From assembly GCA_015493635.1 (NCBI GenBank), contig WGCU01000026.1, positions 7,718 to 71,717 on the forward strand: DNA of 64,000 bases, in the 5' to 3' direction. Below, piece by piece: positions 8,957 to 18,814 of the stretch. The notes below the pieces were generated by a model, which saw only the letters and a program-made list of their open reading frames with translations, was not told the origin of the DNA and searched no databases. The translations under genes and the position numbers were made by a program. This DNA comes from Spirochaetaceae bacterium (lineage in GTDB: Bacteria; Spirochaetota; Spirochaetia; B11-G9). Numbering within the stretch: position 1 is the first letter of the stretch; every line of letters begins with the position of its first letter.

Positions 8957-10368
8957 ATTTTATTCTCGGCAAGAGGGAATGAAAGAGAAAAAACAGTACC
9001 GCTTCCTTTTCGGGAAGTAACCGCTACCGTTCCCCCGTGTGCGGAAACAACAGCTTTTACAAGGCTTAAACCGAGCCCCATCCCCGGAATTTCTTTTTTG
9101 GAAGGACTCCGGTACAATCTGTCCCAGATAAAGGGGATCTCCTCTTCATCAATCCCCGGCCCGTAATCAGTAACTGATATACTGCAGTTTTCTGCTGTTT
9201 CCTGGACAGCAACCGTTATTTTGCTGTTTCCGTCAGAATACTTGACTGCGTTGTCCAGAATATTCCCGACAGCCTGCCTGAAGCGGACAGGGTCAGCAGG
9301 AATGGAGATGGTTTCATCATCACAGAGGAGTTGTATCTGCAGGCCCTTTTCTTCACCTATATACGTGTATATATCAATGAGATCTGTGAGAACTTTTTTT
9401 ACCTCGATATTCTGCAGGTTCAGATGCAGTATCCCCGATTCCGCTTCCGATATATCCATCATGGTATTAAGCATGGACAGGATTCTCTCCGATTCTTCTA
9501 ACGATGATGAAAGAGCCTCTGTAAGTCTCTTGTTATTATCCGGATCCTGAAGCGCTAGTTCAGCAAGACCTCTCATCCGTGTCATAGGTGTTCTCAGGTC
9601 ATGCGCCACGGAATCAAAGGTTCCTTTCATCTGGTGTATAAGACTTTCAATTCGTGTAAGCATGGTATTGAAGAGCATGATGATTTCATCAAGATCGTCT
9701 CTTCCTTTTTGCCGGTCAACCCGTTTTGAAAAATCTCCTGTTTCCACTATATTTTTCAGTATTGAACTGAGATTATGCAGAGGTTTTAATGCTCTTCCAC
9801 TGAAAAAAGCCCCTGATATAATGCTGAATGTCACAAGAAGGATGAGGAGAAGGATGAAATTTCTCTGATATATATTTAAAAAGTACAACCGCCTTGCGGT
9901 ACTCATGCCTATTTGCAGTATGTATTTATCGGAAAGTCTGACGGTGCTTATTTCAAGTTTGAACGCATTCGTTTTACTGGAAAGGATGATCTCCTGTGAA
10001 AAATCTGAGAGTGGCAGTTGTGCCAGCTGCTCAATATTAAAATTCTTCCAGTTTTCCGGGTATTTTAGAAAGAGTGTTTTGTTTTTACTGTCTGCTATAC
10101 GGATGAAAAAGGCTCTGTCCCCGTAGAGAAAAGAGTCTACCTTAATTTCTTTTGCAATTGCGTCAATGCCCCCAGATTGAAAAACAGCCCAGTAGTTTAA
10201 AAGTCGCCTTCTCATGTTTCCCGTGTCTTCCGCTTTCATGGATGAGTAGAGGGATAAAAATGAGAATGTAAAGAGGACAAGGGAAGAAATGATAAATATA
10301 ACTGAAAAGAGGAACGTCAGTCTGAAATGAATTTTTTTAAAGTTTAAACTAATCTTCTTTAAGAACAT
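8941..10368 (-). CDS. Sensor histidine kinase, CusS/BaeS-like
   Basis: Two TMs, HAMP, AHDLRTPMTR, NILDNAVKYS, GMGLGLS. Start likely at 10368, overlapping the regulator. Confidence 0.92.
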   Translation of the reverse strand: MFLKKISLNFKKIHFRLTFLFSVIFIISSLVLFTFSFLSLYSSMKAEDTGNMRRRLLNYWAVFQSGGIDAIAKEIKVDSFLYGDRAFFIRIADSKNKTLFLKYPENWKNFNIEQLAQLPLSDFSQEIILSSKTNAFKLEISTVRLSDKYILQIGMSTARRLYFLNIYQRNFILLLILLVTFSIISGAFFSGRALKPLHNLSSILKNIVETGDFSKRVDRQKGRDDLDEIIMLFNTMLTRIESLIHQMKGTFDSVAHDLRTPMTRMRGLAELALQDPDNNKRLTEALSSSLEESERILSMLNTMMDISEAESGILHLNLQNIEVKKVLTDLIDIYTYIGEEKGLQIQLLCDDETISIPADPVRFRQAVGNILDNAVKYSDGNSKITVAVQETAENCSISVTDYGPGIDEEEIPFIWDRLYRSPSKKEIPGMGLGLSLVKAVVSAHGGTVAVTSRKGSGTVFSLSFPLAENKIITKL

Positions 10369-11023
10369 ACCCGACTCCCCGGATAGTATGGAGAAGCTTT
10401 TTATCAAAATCTTTATCTATTTTACTCCGTAATCTCGAAACAAGGACATCGACTATGTTTGTTTGAGGATCAAAGTCATAGTGCCAGATTTTTTCCATAA
10501 TAAGTGTTTTTGAAAGGACTCTTCCTGTGTTTCTTAACAGATATTCCAGCAGAGCGAATTCTTTAGGCTGCAGGTCTATTTCCTGTCCTGCACGTTCAAC
10601 CCTGTGGGACAGAAGTGAGAGAGATAAATCCGCGCAGGATAAAACGGTTGATTCAGGTACCGCGGAGGATCGGCGAATGAGAGCCTGTATCCGTACAAGC
10701 AGCTCTGAAAAGGAAAAAGGTTTTGTAAGATAGTCATCCCCGCCTTTCTGGAGCCCGCGGATTTTATCGTCAACATCCCGCTTGGCACTGAGAATAATGA
10801 TGGGAACCTGTTTTCTTCTGGCACGGACTTTTTCAATTATAGTGAGTCCGTCCATACCCGGAAGCATAATGTCAACTATTGCCGCATCGTATGAACCGGT
10901 AAGGAGAAGCGCAAACCCCTCCTCACCGTCTGAAGCGGTATCAGTTATAAATCCCGCTTCTTCCAGACCTTTAGAAATAAAAGATCTGATTCCCTCATCA
11001 TCTTCTATAACAAGTATTTTCAT
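10349..11023 (-). CDS. OmpR-family response regulator, CusR/CopR-like
   Basis: DIMLPGMDG, GGDDYLTKPFSFSEL, WHYDFDPQTNIVDVLVSRLRSKID. Confidence 0.92.
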   Translation of the reverse strand: MKILVIEDDEGIRSFISKGLEEAGFITDTASDGEEGFALLLTGSYDAAIVDIMLPGMDGLTIIEKVRARRKQVPIIILSAKRDVDDKIRGLQKGGDDYLTKPFSFSELLVRIQALIRRSSAVPESTVLSCADLSLSLLSHRVERAGQEIDLQPKEFALLEYLLRNTGRVLSKTLIMEKIWHYDFDPQTNIVDVLVSRLRSKIDKDFDKKLLHTIRGVGYVLKED

Positions 11024-11030
11024 AATACTT

Positions 11031-12689
11031 CTAGCTTATCCCTACCATCTCATTATTAACCATTTTCCGTACTGTTCTGGTATCAAGAATACCGACAGGA
11101 GTAGGATTCTCTTCTGATTCAACAACGGGAAGCTGTTCTCTGCCAAGTTGTTTTAAAATAAGGAGAGCATCATTAAGAGGTTCTGCCTTGGTGATAACTT
11201 CAGGTGCCGGAGTAACAATATCTCCTGCCAGGATCCATTCCCACGTTTCCTGTGAAACCATAAGCTGTTTTAAATCATTCATGGTGATCATTCCTACAGT
11301 TTTACTATTTTGATCTACGACCGGGAGACAAAAGAAATCTGTTTCCGAAAAAAGGGAAACCACCTGCTTGACCGAATCAGTAATCTTTATATAAGGGACC
11401 TCAGCATCAAGGACATCGGAAACCTTCCATCTGGCTATAACATCTTCTTCAGTTATATTTTTCCCTGTTTCTTTTGCGAGTTTAACGGCCAGTTTTGTCA
11501 TAGGCGGCCCGATGACCTGAACAATAAAGGTTGTAGCGGTAACACCGGTAATAATGATATCACCAAGGTCTATGCCGTCTGCAAGCTTAAGACCATGAAG
11601 ATGCTGTGTCGCCATAATTGATAATCCAATTGCTACACCCCCCTGGGCAAAGAGGCCAAGCCCTGTATATTTCTGAACTGCAGGGTCGGCATGGGTAAGT
11701 TTTGCTCCCAGCCACGCTCCGGTCATTTTACCGGTTGTCCTGAAAATGACATAGGCCGCTACAATAATCCAGAGAAACAGGGGCATCCCGCTCAGGACAA
11801 GTCTGGTTCCGACAAGTACAAAAAATAACACGTAAATAGGAGCGGAAAAACTCTTTATAAGGTCAAAGAAGTCTTTGCTGCGGTCCGGAGCAAGGTTTGT
11901 CACCACAAGCCCCATTGTCATACTGGCAAGAATAACATCAACATCAAGAATCATGGCCAGGGCAATAAGAATGAGAAGAGTCCCAATGCCGAAAACCATC
12001 GTTCTCGTTTTATCAGTACTGTACCGGACAATTAAGTTCATGAATACACCGGCTGCTCCGCCCAGTACTATGGCTCCGAGCAACTCAACAGTTGTCTTGA
12101 TTATCTGTGAAGAGAGTGAAGCGTGGCCCCCGATTATCATTTGCGCCGCGGCTGTGCCGAGACCATACAGGGTCATTGCCAGAGCATCATCCATTGCCAC
12201 AATAGCAATGAGGGTTGTTGTCAATACTCCCTTTGTACGGTATTCCCAGAGTACGTTAATTGTCGATGCGGGGTCTGTTGCTGAAGCAATAGCGCCGAAA
12301 ACAATCCCCCCGGCAAGGGCTGCCGCAAAGTTTTTGGTAAATATGTACAGTATCAGACTGACAGCTACCGTAACCAGTACAAACGCAAAGGTACCCTCTC
12401 CGAAAAGAATGGCGGAGAATTGTTTCCCGTATTTTTTCATGGTACTGCCGTGAAGCTCACCGCCGACCATAAAACCGATAATTCCGAGAGCAAAGAAATT
12501 AAAGTTCTTCAGTGAAGCGATAATATCACTGTTTATAAAACCGAATCCGCTTTTCCCGATAATAATTCCTATGGCAAGATATCCAAGAACTTGAGGGATC
12601 CGTATCTTCTGAAAGAACCAGGCTCCTGCAATTCCTCCGAAAATGCCGATTCCAAGAATAAAAAGAATATTTGAACTTAAAACAGACAT
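11031..12689 (-). CDS. Cation:proton antiporter (CPA/Na_H_Exchanger) with C-terminal CBS pair
   Basis: Many TMs, ATDPAST and AMDDA motifs, C-terminal LPVVD..VGMIT / LPVVE..VGIL CBS repeats. Confidence 0.88.
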   Translation of the reverse strand: MSVLSSNILFILGIGIFGGIAGAWFFQKIRIPQVLGYLAIGIIIGKSGFGFINSDIIASLKNFNFFALGIIGFMVGGELHGSTMKKYGKQFSAILFGEGTFAFVLVTVAVSLILYIFTKNFAAALAGGIVFGAIASATDPASTINVLWEYRTKGVLTTTLIAIVAMDDALAMTLYGLGTAAAQMIIGGHASLSSQIIKTTVELLGAIVLGGAAGVFMNLIVRYSTDKTRTMVFGIGTLLILIALAMILDVDVILASMTMGLVVTNLAPDRSKDFFDLIKSFSAPIYVLFFVLVGTRLVLSGMPLFLWIIVAAYVIFRTTGKMTGAWLGAKLTHADPAVQKYTGLGLFAQGGVAIGLSIMATQHLHGLKLADGIDLGDIIITGVTATTFIVQVIGPPMTKLAVKLAKETGKNITEEDVIARWKVSDVLDAEVPYIKITDSVKQVVSLFSETDFFCLPVVDQNSKTVGMITMNDLKQLMVSQETWEWILAGDIVTPAPEVITKAEPLNDALLILKQLGREQLPVVESEENPTPVGILDTRTVRKMVNNEMVGIS

Positions 12690-12692
12690 ATG

Positions 12693-13340
12693 TTACTCTC
12701 CTTTTGTTAATAGGGAATAAATTTTTTCTGGAGTTTCAGCATTAAGTAAATTCTCCCTGAAAGAGTCATCCTGCAGCAGCTTGCTTATTGAAGCTAGCAG
12801 TTTTAGATACTCTGCATGCTGATTATACGCTGCTGCGACCATAAAAACAATTCTCACTGGTGTATTGTCGAGAGCCTGATAGTCAATAATATCATTTTTG
12901 TTTACTGCAACCGAAACAACAATATCGGAAACGTCATATATTCTGACATGGGGAATCCCTATCCCCAGTCCAATGCCGGTACTCATTAGTTTTTCCCGTT
13001 CCCAGATAGCTTCTTCAAGTTTTTTTGCATTTTTTATCTGGGGAGCACCGGAAATATTTTTGATAAGTGCGGTGAGTATATCACGTTTAGTTGAAAAGTC
13101 AGTGACTATAACTCTTTCCGGAGCCAGCAGATGCTTCAAGTCATTCAGTTCACTTTCTTTTGTTTTGTTATTCTCCAACCGGTTGTTGATCCAGCGGTCA
13201 ATCTCACTTTTTTTAAATCTCCAGACATTACCCAGCTTTCCGGCCGGGATATCTCCCTTTTGTGCCCAGTCCAGAACAGTCCGTTCTGAAACTTTTATGT
13301 ATTTGGCAACTTCCTCAATGGTAAGAATGGTATCGTCCAT
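12693..13340 (-). CDS. ptsN: PTS EIIA(Ntr/Fru-type) protein with N-terminal excisionase-like HTH
   Basis: LTIEEVAKYIKVSERTV..GDIPAGKLGNVWRF HTH; EREKLMSTGIGLGIGIPH phospho-His motif. Start at 13340 with GGAGG RBS. Confidence 0.88.
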   Translation of the reverse strand: MDDTILTIEEVAKYIKVSERTVLDWAQKGDIPAGKLGNVWRFKKSEIDRWINNRLENNKTKESELNDLKHLLAPERVIVTDFSTKRDILTALIKNISGAPQIKNAKKLEEAIWEREKLMSTGIGLGIGIPHVRIYDVSDIVVSVAVNKNDIIDYQALDNTPVRIVFMVAAAYNQHAEYLKLLASISKLLQDDSFRENLLNAETPEKIYSLLTKGE

Positions 13341-13486
13341 ATAAACCTCCCGAAGTAGTATATGTCTACATATATACACACAAAGATGCAAAATGTCAAT
13401 ATACATGATAAAAAGTTAATAAATGTTTGGTAATAAAAAATCAAATATGGCTTTTACAAAGAAAGAATATGCGATAAACTAATCAG

Positions 13487-13885
13487 ATGGACAGATTGGA
13501 TTTAGCATTTAAAGTTGCTGTAGAGGCCCGGGAAAACGCGTATGCTCCCTATTCAGGATTCAAGGTTGGAGCTGCTCTGTCAGTTAAGGGTATTGATAAG
13601 ATATACCCCGGCTGTAACGTGGAAAATGCCAGTTACGGAGGAACAATGTGTGCGGAAAGAACCGCAATATTCAGTGCCGTTGCTGAGAACGGCAAAGTAC
13701 CTTTTGAATTCTGTATAGTGGTGACAGATACAGAATATGCGACTCCTCCCTGTGCCCTGTGTCTACAGGTATTCAGCGAGTTCTGCCCCTCTGATTTTCC
13801 CATCTATCTTGGCACTTTGAAGGGGATACAGAAGAAGGTATTGTTGAAGGAGCTGCTGCCGATCCCCTTTAATAAAATTCCGTAA
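13487..13885 (+). CDS. cdd: Cytidine deaminase (homotetrameric type)
   Basis: AYAPYSGFKVGAA, GCNVENASY, CAER, PCALC zinc motifs. Confidence 0.92.
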   Translation: MDRLDLAFKVAVEARENAYAPYSGFKVGAALSVKGIDKIYPGCNVENASYGGTMCAERTAIFSAVAENGKVPFEFCIVVTDTEYATPPCALCLQVFSEFCPSDFPIYLGTLKGIQKKVLLKELLPIPFNKIP

Positions 13886-13889
13886 GGTT

Positions 13890-15512
13890 TTAATTTTCTG
13901 TAAGCCTTGATACCGAATTGAACATCTCTTTTGTATATGCTGCCGAGTCTTTTACAAGTGAATGAACGAGGTCAGTGGAATCCGCTATACTGTCTGCATC
14001 GGTAGATATTTCTCCGGATACACCTTTGATAATTTTAATAAAATCAGACACTTTGAGTAATTTTTCTTTTGCGTTTTTCTGATCCGCCGTTATTTTGCCG
14101 GATCCCTCTCTGATACTTATTGAGCTGTCCTGAAGCACCTGCATGGACTTCATTATTTCCTGACCTCCTTCAGAAAGTTCTGCTGTGGAACCTGTTATCT
14201 CCGAGAACGCTTCGGACACAAGTTTTATTTCGGTAACGAGTTGTTCAAAGATTTTATTTATTTTTTCGGTATGGGATTTCGACATATCCATACTTCCAAT
14301 AAGGTTTTTCAAACTGTCGGCAATAATTCGTGAGTTTTCAGCTGTTGATCCCGCCAGCTTACGTATCTCATCCGCTACCACAGCAAAACCTTTTCCTCGT
14401 TCACCCGCATGTGCTGCTTCAATGGCAGCATTCATGGAAAGCAGGTTGGTTCTGTCCGCAATATCCGAGACAATCTTGTTTATATCAAGCAGGGCATGAG
14501 CATCATTTGCAGAAACCTCAACAGCTGAATTTGTCTCCTTCATTGCAGTTTTTCCCTCTTCTGCAATATTCAGAAGTGCATTGGTAGTATCTCTCTTGGC
14601 AGAAGTAATTTTGGCAACATTATCCAGCGAAGCTGACATCTGATTTACTGCAGCAGTGGATTCTTGAACAACAGTATTCTGCTCTTCTACCTGCAGATCA
14701 AAGTTTTCCACCTCGTTTGTTGTATTATCAACATAGGAAAGAGCTTCTTTCATATTGACAGAAAGGTTTTCCGCGTTTGTTGTAAAATGTTTCAGATGCT
14801 CCTTTATGGAGGAGCTTCCTTCAAGTATGTGTATAAAGTTATCTTCTACCGATTGGTTGGACGTTGCAGATAACTCGGCTGTTTTTACAACGTTCTGGAT
14901 TCTCTTTATGGTTTCTTCACTTTCATGTTGGGTTTTTTCCATGAACTCCATTGATCGACGGACATTTTTTGCAATATGAATTGAGAATAGAGTAAGCAGG
15001 GTATACAGTACTCCTGCAACAATCAGCCGTTCAGGTATACGGTTTATATCATCAGATTTTAGGATGGGGACTAGTTTGGTAAAAAAAGCTGCAGGAATCA
15101 CTACTGCTCCAATTGCAGCGGATACAATGGTAAACCATTCCGAATCGCTTACTACCAGTGAGAGTATAATCGGGAGGCTCATGTACAGTGTCAGCTGATA
15201 AATTTGATAAACAGAGACGGGGCTGATGATGAATGATAATCCTATAAGTGCGAGCTGTGAAAAAGCAAGGGGCATGACACTTGCGAATCTGTAGAAACCT
15301 TTAAAAAGCGCAATCATGGAAGCAACCATGGCTAACAAGATCGTAAACTCAACAATGACTGTTACCATGTCGCCGTCAATAATTTTTTGTACAATTATAA
15401 TAGGTGTTGTACTCAAAATAACTGTTATGACAAAAAATACCCCTGATACCTTATTTTTGATAACAATTCCGGAATCTTTATAGATTTCCTGTAGTTTTTT
15501 ATTTATATACAT
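13890..15512 (-). CDS. Methyl-accepting chemotaxis protein with multi-TM N-terminal sensor
   Basis: [33 protein letters not shown]; about 5-6 N-terminal TMs. Start likely ATG 15512. Confidence 0.9.
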   Translation of the reverse strand: MYINKKLQEIYKDSGIVIKNKVSGVFFVITVILSTTPIIIVQKIIDGDMVTVIVEFTILLAMVASMIALFKGFYRFASVMPLAFSQLALIGLSFIISPVSVYQIYQLTLYMSLPIILSLVVSDSEWFTIVSAAIGAVVIPAAFFTKLVPILKSDDINRIPERLIVAGVLYTLLTLFSIHIAKNVRRSMEFMEKTQHESEETIKRIQNVVKTAELSATSNQSVEDNFIHILEGSSSIKEHLKHFTTNAENLSVNMKEALSYVDNTTNEVENFDLQVEEQNTVVQESTAAVNQMSASLDNVAKITSAKRDTTNALLNIAEEGKTAMKETNSAVEVSANDAHALLDINKIVSDIADRTNLLSMNAAIEAAHAGERGKGFAVVADEIRKLAGSTAENSRIIADSLKNLIGSMDMSKSHTEKINKIFEQLVTEIKLVSEAFSEITGSTAELSEGGQEIMKSMQVLQDSSISIREGSGKITADQKNAKEKLLKVSDFIKIIKGVSGEISTDADSIADSTDLVHSLVKDSAAYTKEMFNSVSRLTEN

Positions 15513-15597
15513 AATGTAAGTGTAATATCTATTTGCATATATAGCAATATCTCTCAAGTGCCTACCCTGAATTAGCTATGAAAGGAATAGAAAGTTC

Positions 15598-15626
15598 TTG
15601 ACTTTTGCACATAAGTGCATTATATT
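15598..15626 (+). promoter_or_regulatory. Sigma70 promoter with palindromic operator in the spacer
   Basis: TTGACT-17 nt-TATATT; spacer contains TGCAC-ATAA-GTGCA (15606-15619). Confidence 0.65.
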
Positions 15627-15651
15627 GATCTTGAAATTATAAGGATGGATT

Positions 15652-16107
15652 ATGCCGAGGCCTAAAAAAGAACGGCTGGTCAGAAGGCCGCCGCTGTATA
15701 CAGAGTTTAAACCCGCAGGGGTTATGCGAAATTCCCTGAAGCAGGTTGTTTTGGAACTTGATGAGCTGGAAGCGATACGGCTTGCAGATTATCTGGGGAT
15801 GGATCACTCTGAGGCAGCGGAAGAGATGGAGATCTCCCGTTCAACGTTTACACGGCTGGTAGAAAAGGCACGGAAGAAGATTGCCGTGTTTCTTGTTGAA
15901 GGATTGAACCTCTCCATAGAGGGAGGGAATATCCACTTCAGGGGTAATGTGATCCAGTGTCTAGATTGTGGGCATATGTTCAATACCGGGTTTGATGTAA
16001 ATATCACAAAGTGTCCGGCCTGCGGTTCTGAACGTTTGGTTGATCTTGCCGGAGGTTTTGGACATGGAGCATGCTGCCGGGGGCATAATCATCGAGGCAG
16101 GAGGTAA
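15652..16107 (+). CDS. DUF134 (UPF0251) predicted DNA-binding protein with C-terminal zinc ribbon
   Basis: MPRP..FKPAG..ELEAIRLAD..EAAEEMEISRSTFTR..ARKKIA..IEGG, then CxxC...CxxC. Confidence 0.88.
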   Translation: MPRPKKERLVRRPPLYTEFKPAGVMRNSLKQVVLELDELEAIRLADYLGMDHSEAAEEMEISRSTFTRLVEKARKKIAVFLVEGLNLSIEGGNIHFRGNVIQCLDCGHMFNTGFDVNITKCPACGSERLVDLAGGFGHGACCRGHNHRGRR

Positions 16108-16110
16108 AAA

Positions 16111-16440
16111 ATGCCAAGAGGAGACAGAACTGGACCTAATGGAATGGGCCCGCGGACAGGAAGAGGCGCCGGGTTTTGCAACGGTTATAACAGACCGGGA
16201 TATATGAACGGCGGTGCCGGAACAGGATTTGGTTACGGTAGAGGTATGGGACGCGGCTATGGCCGCGGCATGGGGTACGGATACGCGCCTGTTGGCGGTT
16301 ATACTGCACCCTATGGAGTATCCTATACTCCCTACAGTAAGGAAACAGAGAAAGGCTACCTGGAAAATGAGATCAGTATTTTAAAAGAACAGCTTAAGGC
16401 TTCAGAAGCACGGCTTGCTGATCTTGGAGACGAAGAGTAG
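16111..16440 (+). CDS. DUF5320-family Gly-rich protein
   Basis: MPRGDRTGPNGMGPRTGRGAGFC N-terminus, GRG repeats, C-terminal coiled coil. Confidence 0.82.
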   Translation: MPRGDRTGPNGMGPRTGRGAGFCNGYNRPGYMNGGAGTGFGYGRGMGRGYGRGMGYGYAPVGGYTAPYGVSYTPYSKETEKGYLENEISILKEQLKASEARLADLGDEE

Positions 16441-16445
16441 ACTCT

Positions 16446-16474
16446 ACACGGGGCGGAAGAGTTTCCGCCCGTGT
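16446..16474 (+). other. Strong intergenic stem-loop (probable mRNA stability or processing element)
   Basis: ACACGGGGCGGAA/TTCCGCCCGTGT with one bulge and no U-tract. Confidence 0.55.
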
Positions 16475-16491
16475 TATAATAGGAGGTACAT

Positions 16492-16722
16492 ATGCCTGGA
16501 AACGGTATGGGTAATGGAACAGGAAGAGGCCAGGGGCTTGGCAGAAGCGGCAGCGGCCGCGGTAGAAACGGCGGCGGCGGGTTCGGTTCCGGCGGGTACT
16601 GTGTGTGTGCTCACTGCGGAGCAAAAGTGCCGCATGCCAGAGGGACAAAATGCACAGATCTGCGGTGCCCTGAGTGCGGGAAGCCTATGGTTCGGGAAGA
16701 ATTGCTGAACAAGAAAAAATAA
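16492..16722 (+). CDS. Small Gly-rich protein with Cys-rich (zinc-ribbon-like) domain
   Basis: AGGAGG RBS; GGYCVCAHCG..PH.RG.KC....CPECG.PM.RE. Confidence 0.8.
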   Translation: MPGNGMGNGTGRGQGLGRSGSGRGRNGGGGFGSGGYCVCAHCGAKVPHARGTKCTDLRCPECGKPMVREELLNKKK

Positions 16723-16732
16723 AGGAAGCACC

Positions 16733-17599
16733 ATGAAGATAGCAATTGCCAGCGGGAAAGGCGGAACGGGGAAAACAACCCTCTCTACCAATCTCGCTGC
16801 TTTTTTAGCGGAGAAAGAACATGTTGTTCTTACCGATCTGGATGTGGAAGAGCCGAACTCCGGACTCTTTATTAAAGGGACCCTGAAACATTCTGAATCA
16901 AAATACAAGATGATACCTGAATGGGACTCCGCTTACTGTAATCTCTGCGGGATATGTCAGGAGGTATGCAATTTTAACGCTGTTTTAAAAATGGGGAAAA
17001 ACATTATGGTTTTTCCCGAATTATGCCATGGCTGTTATGCATGTTCTGAGCTCTGTCCAAAAAATTCTCTTCCCATGAAAGAAAAGCCTATGGGGGAATT
17101 AAAACATTTTGAAGCTGCCGGTCTTTCTTTTATTGAGAGCAAGCTTCTTATAGGAGAGGAACAGGCTGTTCCTTTGATAAAGCAGACGATAGATTATGTG
17201 GATGAAAATTTTCCGGAAGAAATCATAAAAATATACGACTCTCCTCCGGGAACATCTTGTCCTGTTATTGAAGCAACAAAACATGCTGATATTGTTATTC
17301 TTATCACTGAACCGACTCCTTTCGGGTTTCACGATCTTACATTGGCCGTTGAAACGATCAGGGAGCTGAAAAAAGAATTTGTTGTTGTTGTAAACAGGTA
17401 TGGAATCGGAGATGACAGTGTGGAAAAATATTGTAAAGCGGAAGGGATTACCATTATCGGAAAAATACCAAATGACCGGAAAGTAGCGGAAGTTTATGCA
17501 AAAGGTGATCTTCTTTATCCGGCTCTGCCGTCTGTAAAAAAAGTTATAGAAAAAATCGCGCTTTTTATTCAGGGAGAACGGGGAGACTCAGGACGATGA
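16733..17599 (+). CDS. MinD/Mrp-superfamily P-loop ATPase with inserted 2x[4Fe-4S] ferredoxin domain
   Basis: SGKGGTGKTT, DLDVEEPN, CNLCGICQEVC, CHGCYACSELCP, DSPPGTSCP, TEPTPFG. Confidence 0.9.
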   Translation: MKIAIASGKGGTGKTTLSTNLAAFLAEKEHVVLTDLDVEEPNSGLFIKGTLKHSESKYKMIPEWDSAYCNLCGICQEVCNFNAVLKMGKNIMVFPELCHGCYACSELCPKNSLPMKEKPMGELKHFEAAGLSFIESKLLIGEEQAVPLIKQTIDYVDENFPEEIIKIYDSPPGTSCPVIEATKHADIVILITEPTPFGFHDLTLAVETIRELKKEFVVVVNRYGIGDDSVEKYCKAEGITIIGKIPNDRKVAEVYAKGDLLYPALPSVKKVIEKIALFIQGERGDSGR

Positions 17600-18465
17600 A
17601 AGAGATTGTTGTTATTTCAGGGAAAGGCGGAACAGGAAAAACATCCATAACAGCTTCTTTTGCCGTTTTGGGAGGGGCAAATCTTCTTGTAGCGGACTGT
17701 GATGTCGATGCTGCTGATATGCACCTGCTTCTGGAACCGGATTTTGCCGGAGATGAAGATTTTTACAGCGGAGAGGTTGCCGAAATTGATCAGGAAACAT
17801 GTATTCAGTGCGGGAAGTGTGCCGAAGTATGCAGGTTTGATGCAATCCCTGTTGTAGATGGCAAGTATACTGTTGATCCTCTATCCTGTGAGGGATGCGG
17901 ATACTGTGCAAGAATATGTCCGGTAAAGGCGATTACAAACTCGGTTCAGAGAGTAGGTAATCTGTATACCTCATCAATCCGTACCGGGACAAAAATGATT
18001 CACGCAAAATTGGGAATTGGAAACGAAAATTCCGGTAAGCTGGTTGCAAAGGTAAAAAATGACGCGAAAGCTCTCGCTGAAAAAGAACAGAAGAATTATA
18101 TTCTTGTTGACGGTTCTCCGGGAGTTGGGTGCCCTGTTGTTTCTTCTCTTTCCGGTGCAACATTTGTTGTTCTTGTAACGGAACCGACTGTTTCCGGTGT
18201 TCATGATTTAATAAGGGTTTATGAACTGGTAAAAAAGTTTAAAATAAACGCCGGCTGCATTATAAATAAGGCGGATATCAATCCGGAAAGAAACAGGGAA
18301 ATAAAAGACTTTATAAGGAAGGAATCTATTACACTTCTTGCGGAGATTCCATATAATGAAAATTTCACAAAAGCGATGACCATGGGAAAGACAATTGTAG
18401 AGTTTGATAGTATATTGAAGAAAATAATTGTGGATTCCTGGGAAAAAATAAAACAAAAAGCTTAA
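17596..18465 (+). CDS. MinD/Mrp-superfamily P-loop ATPase with inserted 2x[4Fe-4S] domain (paralog)
   Basis: SGKGGTGKTS, DCDVDAAD, CIQCGKCAEVC, CEGCGYCARICP, DGSPGVGCP. ATGA overlap with the upstream gene. Confidence 0.9.
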   Translation: MKEIVVISGKGGTGKTSITASFAVLGGANLLVADCDVDAADMHLLLEPDFAGDEDFYSGEVAEIDQETCIQCGKCAEVCRFDAIPVVDGKYTVDPLSCEGCGYCARICPVKAITNSVQRVGNLYTSSIRTGTKMIHAKLGIGNENSGKLVAKVKNDAKALAEKEQKNYILVDGSPGVGCPVVSSLSGATFVVLVTEPTVSGVHDLIRVYELVKKFKINAGCIINKADINPERNREIKDFIRKESITLLAEIPYNENFTKAMTMGKTIVEFDSILKKIIVDSWEKIKQKA

Positions 18466-18480
18466 ACAAGCGGAGGGAAC

Positions 18481-18813
18481 ATGAAAATTATATTTACAGC
18501 AAAAGGGACGGAGTGGGATTCCCCTATGGATCCGAGATTCGGCCGTACGGAATATTTTTTCATCTATGATGAGGATTCCAAAAAAATTGAAACGTACGAC
18601 AATCGAGCTATTGAAAATGAAGCGCATGGAGCAGGGCCGAAAACATCTCAAAAACTCGCTGAATATGGAGCGGATATTTTAATTACCGGTAACGGACCTG
18701 GAGGAAATGCAGCAGCAGTTTTACAGCAGGTGGGAATAAAAGTTATTACCGGTGCGGGTGATATGACCGTTAAAGAGGCGTATGAAGCTTTTAAAAATGG
18801 AACATTGAGCTGA
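18481..18813 (+). CDS. NifB/NifX-family (Nitro_FeMo-Co) small cluster-binding protein
   Basis: DPRFGR..AHGAG..ILITGNGPG.NA motifs. Confidence 0.85.
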   Translation: MKIIFTAKGTEWDSPMDPRFGRTEYFFIYDEDSKKIETYDNRAIENEAHGAGPKTSQKLAEYGADILITGNGPGGNAAAVLQQVGIKVITGAGDMTVKEAYEAFKNGTLS

Positions 18814-18814
18814 T

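Noticed and set aside
16225-16285. Imperfect GRGMG/GRGYG repeats
   Set aside because: Low-complexity coding sequence typical of DUF5320 proteins, not a DNA repeat element.
16472-16480. Extended -10-like TGTTATAAT before the Cys-rich small gene
   Set aside because: The predicted start would cut off the strong AGGAGG RBS, and there is no -35 at a suitable spacing.
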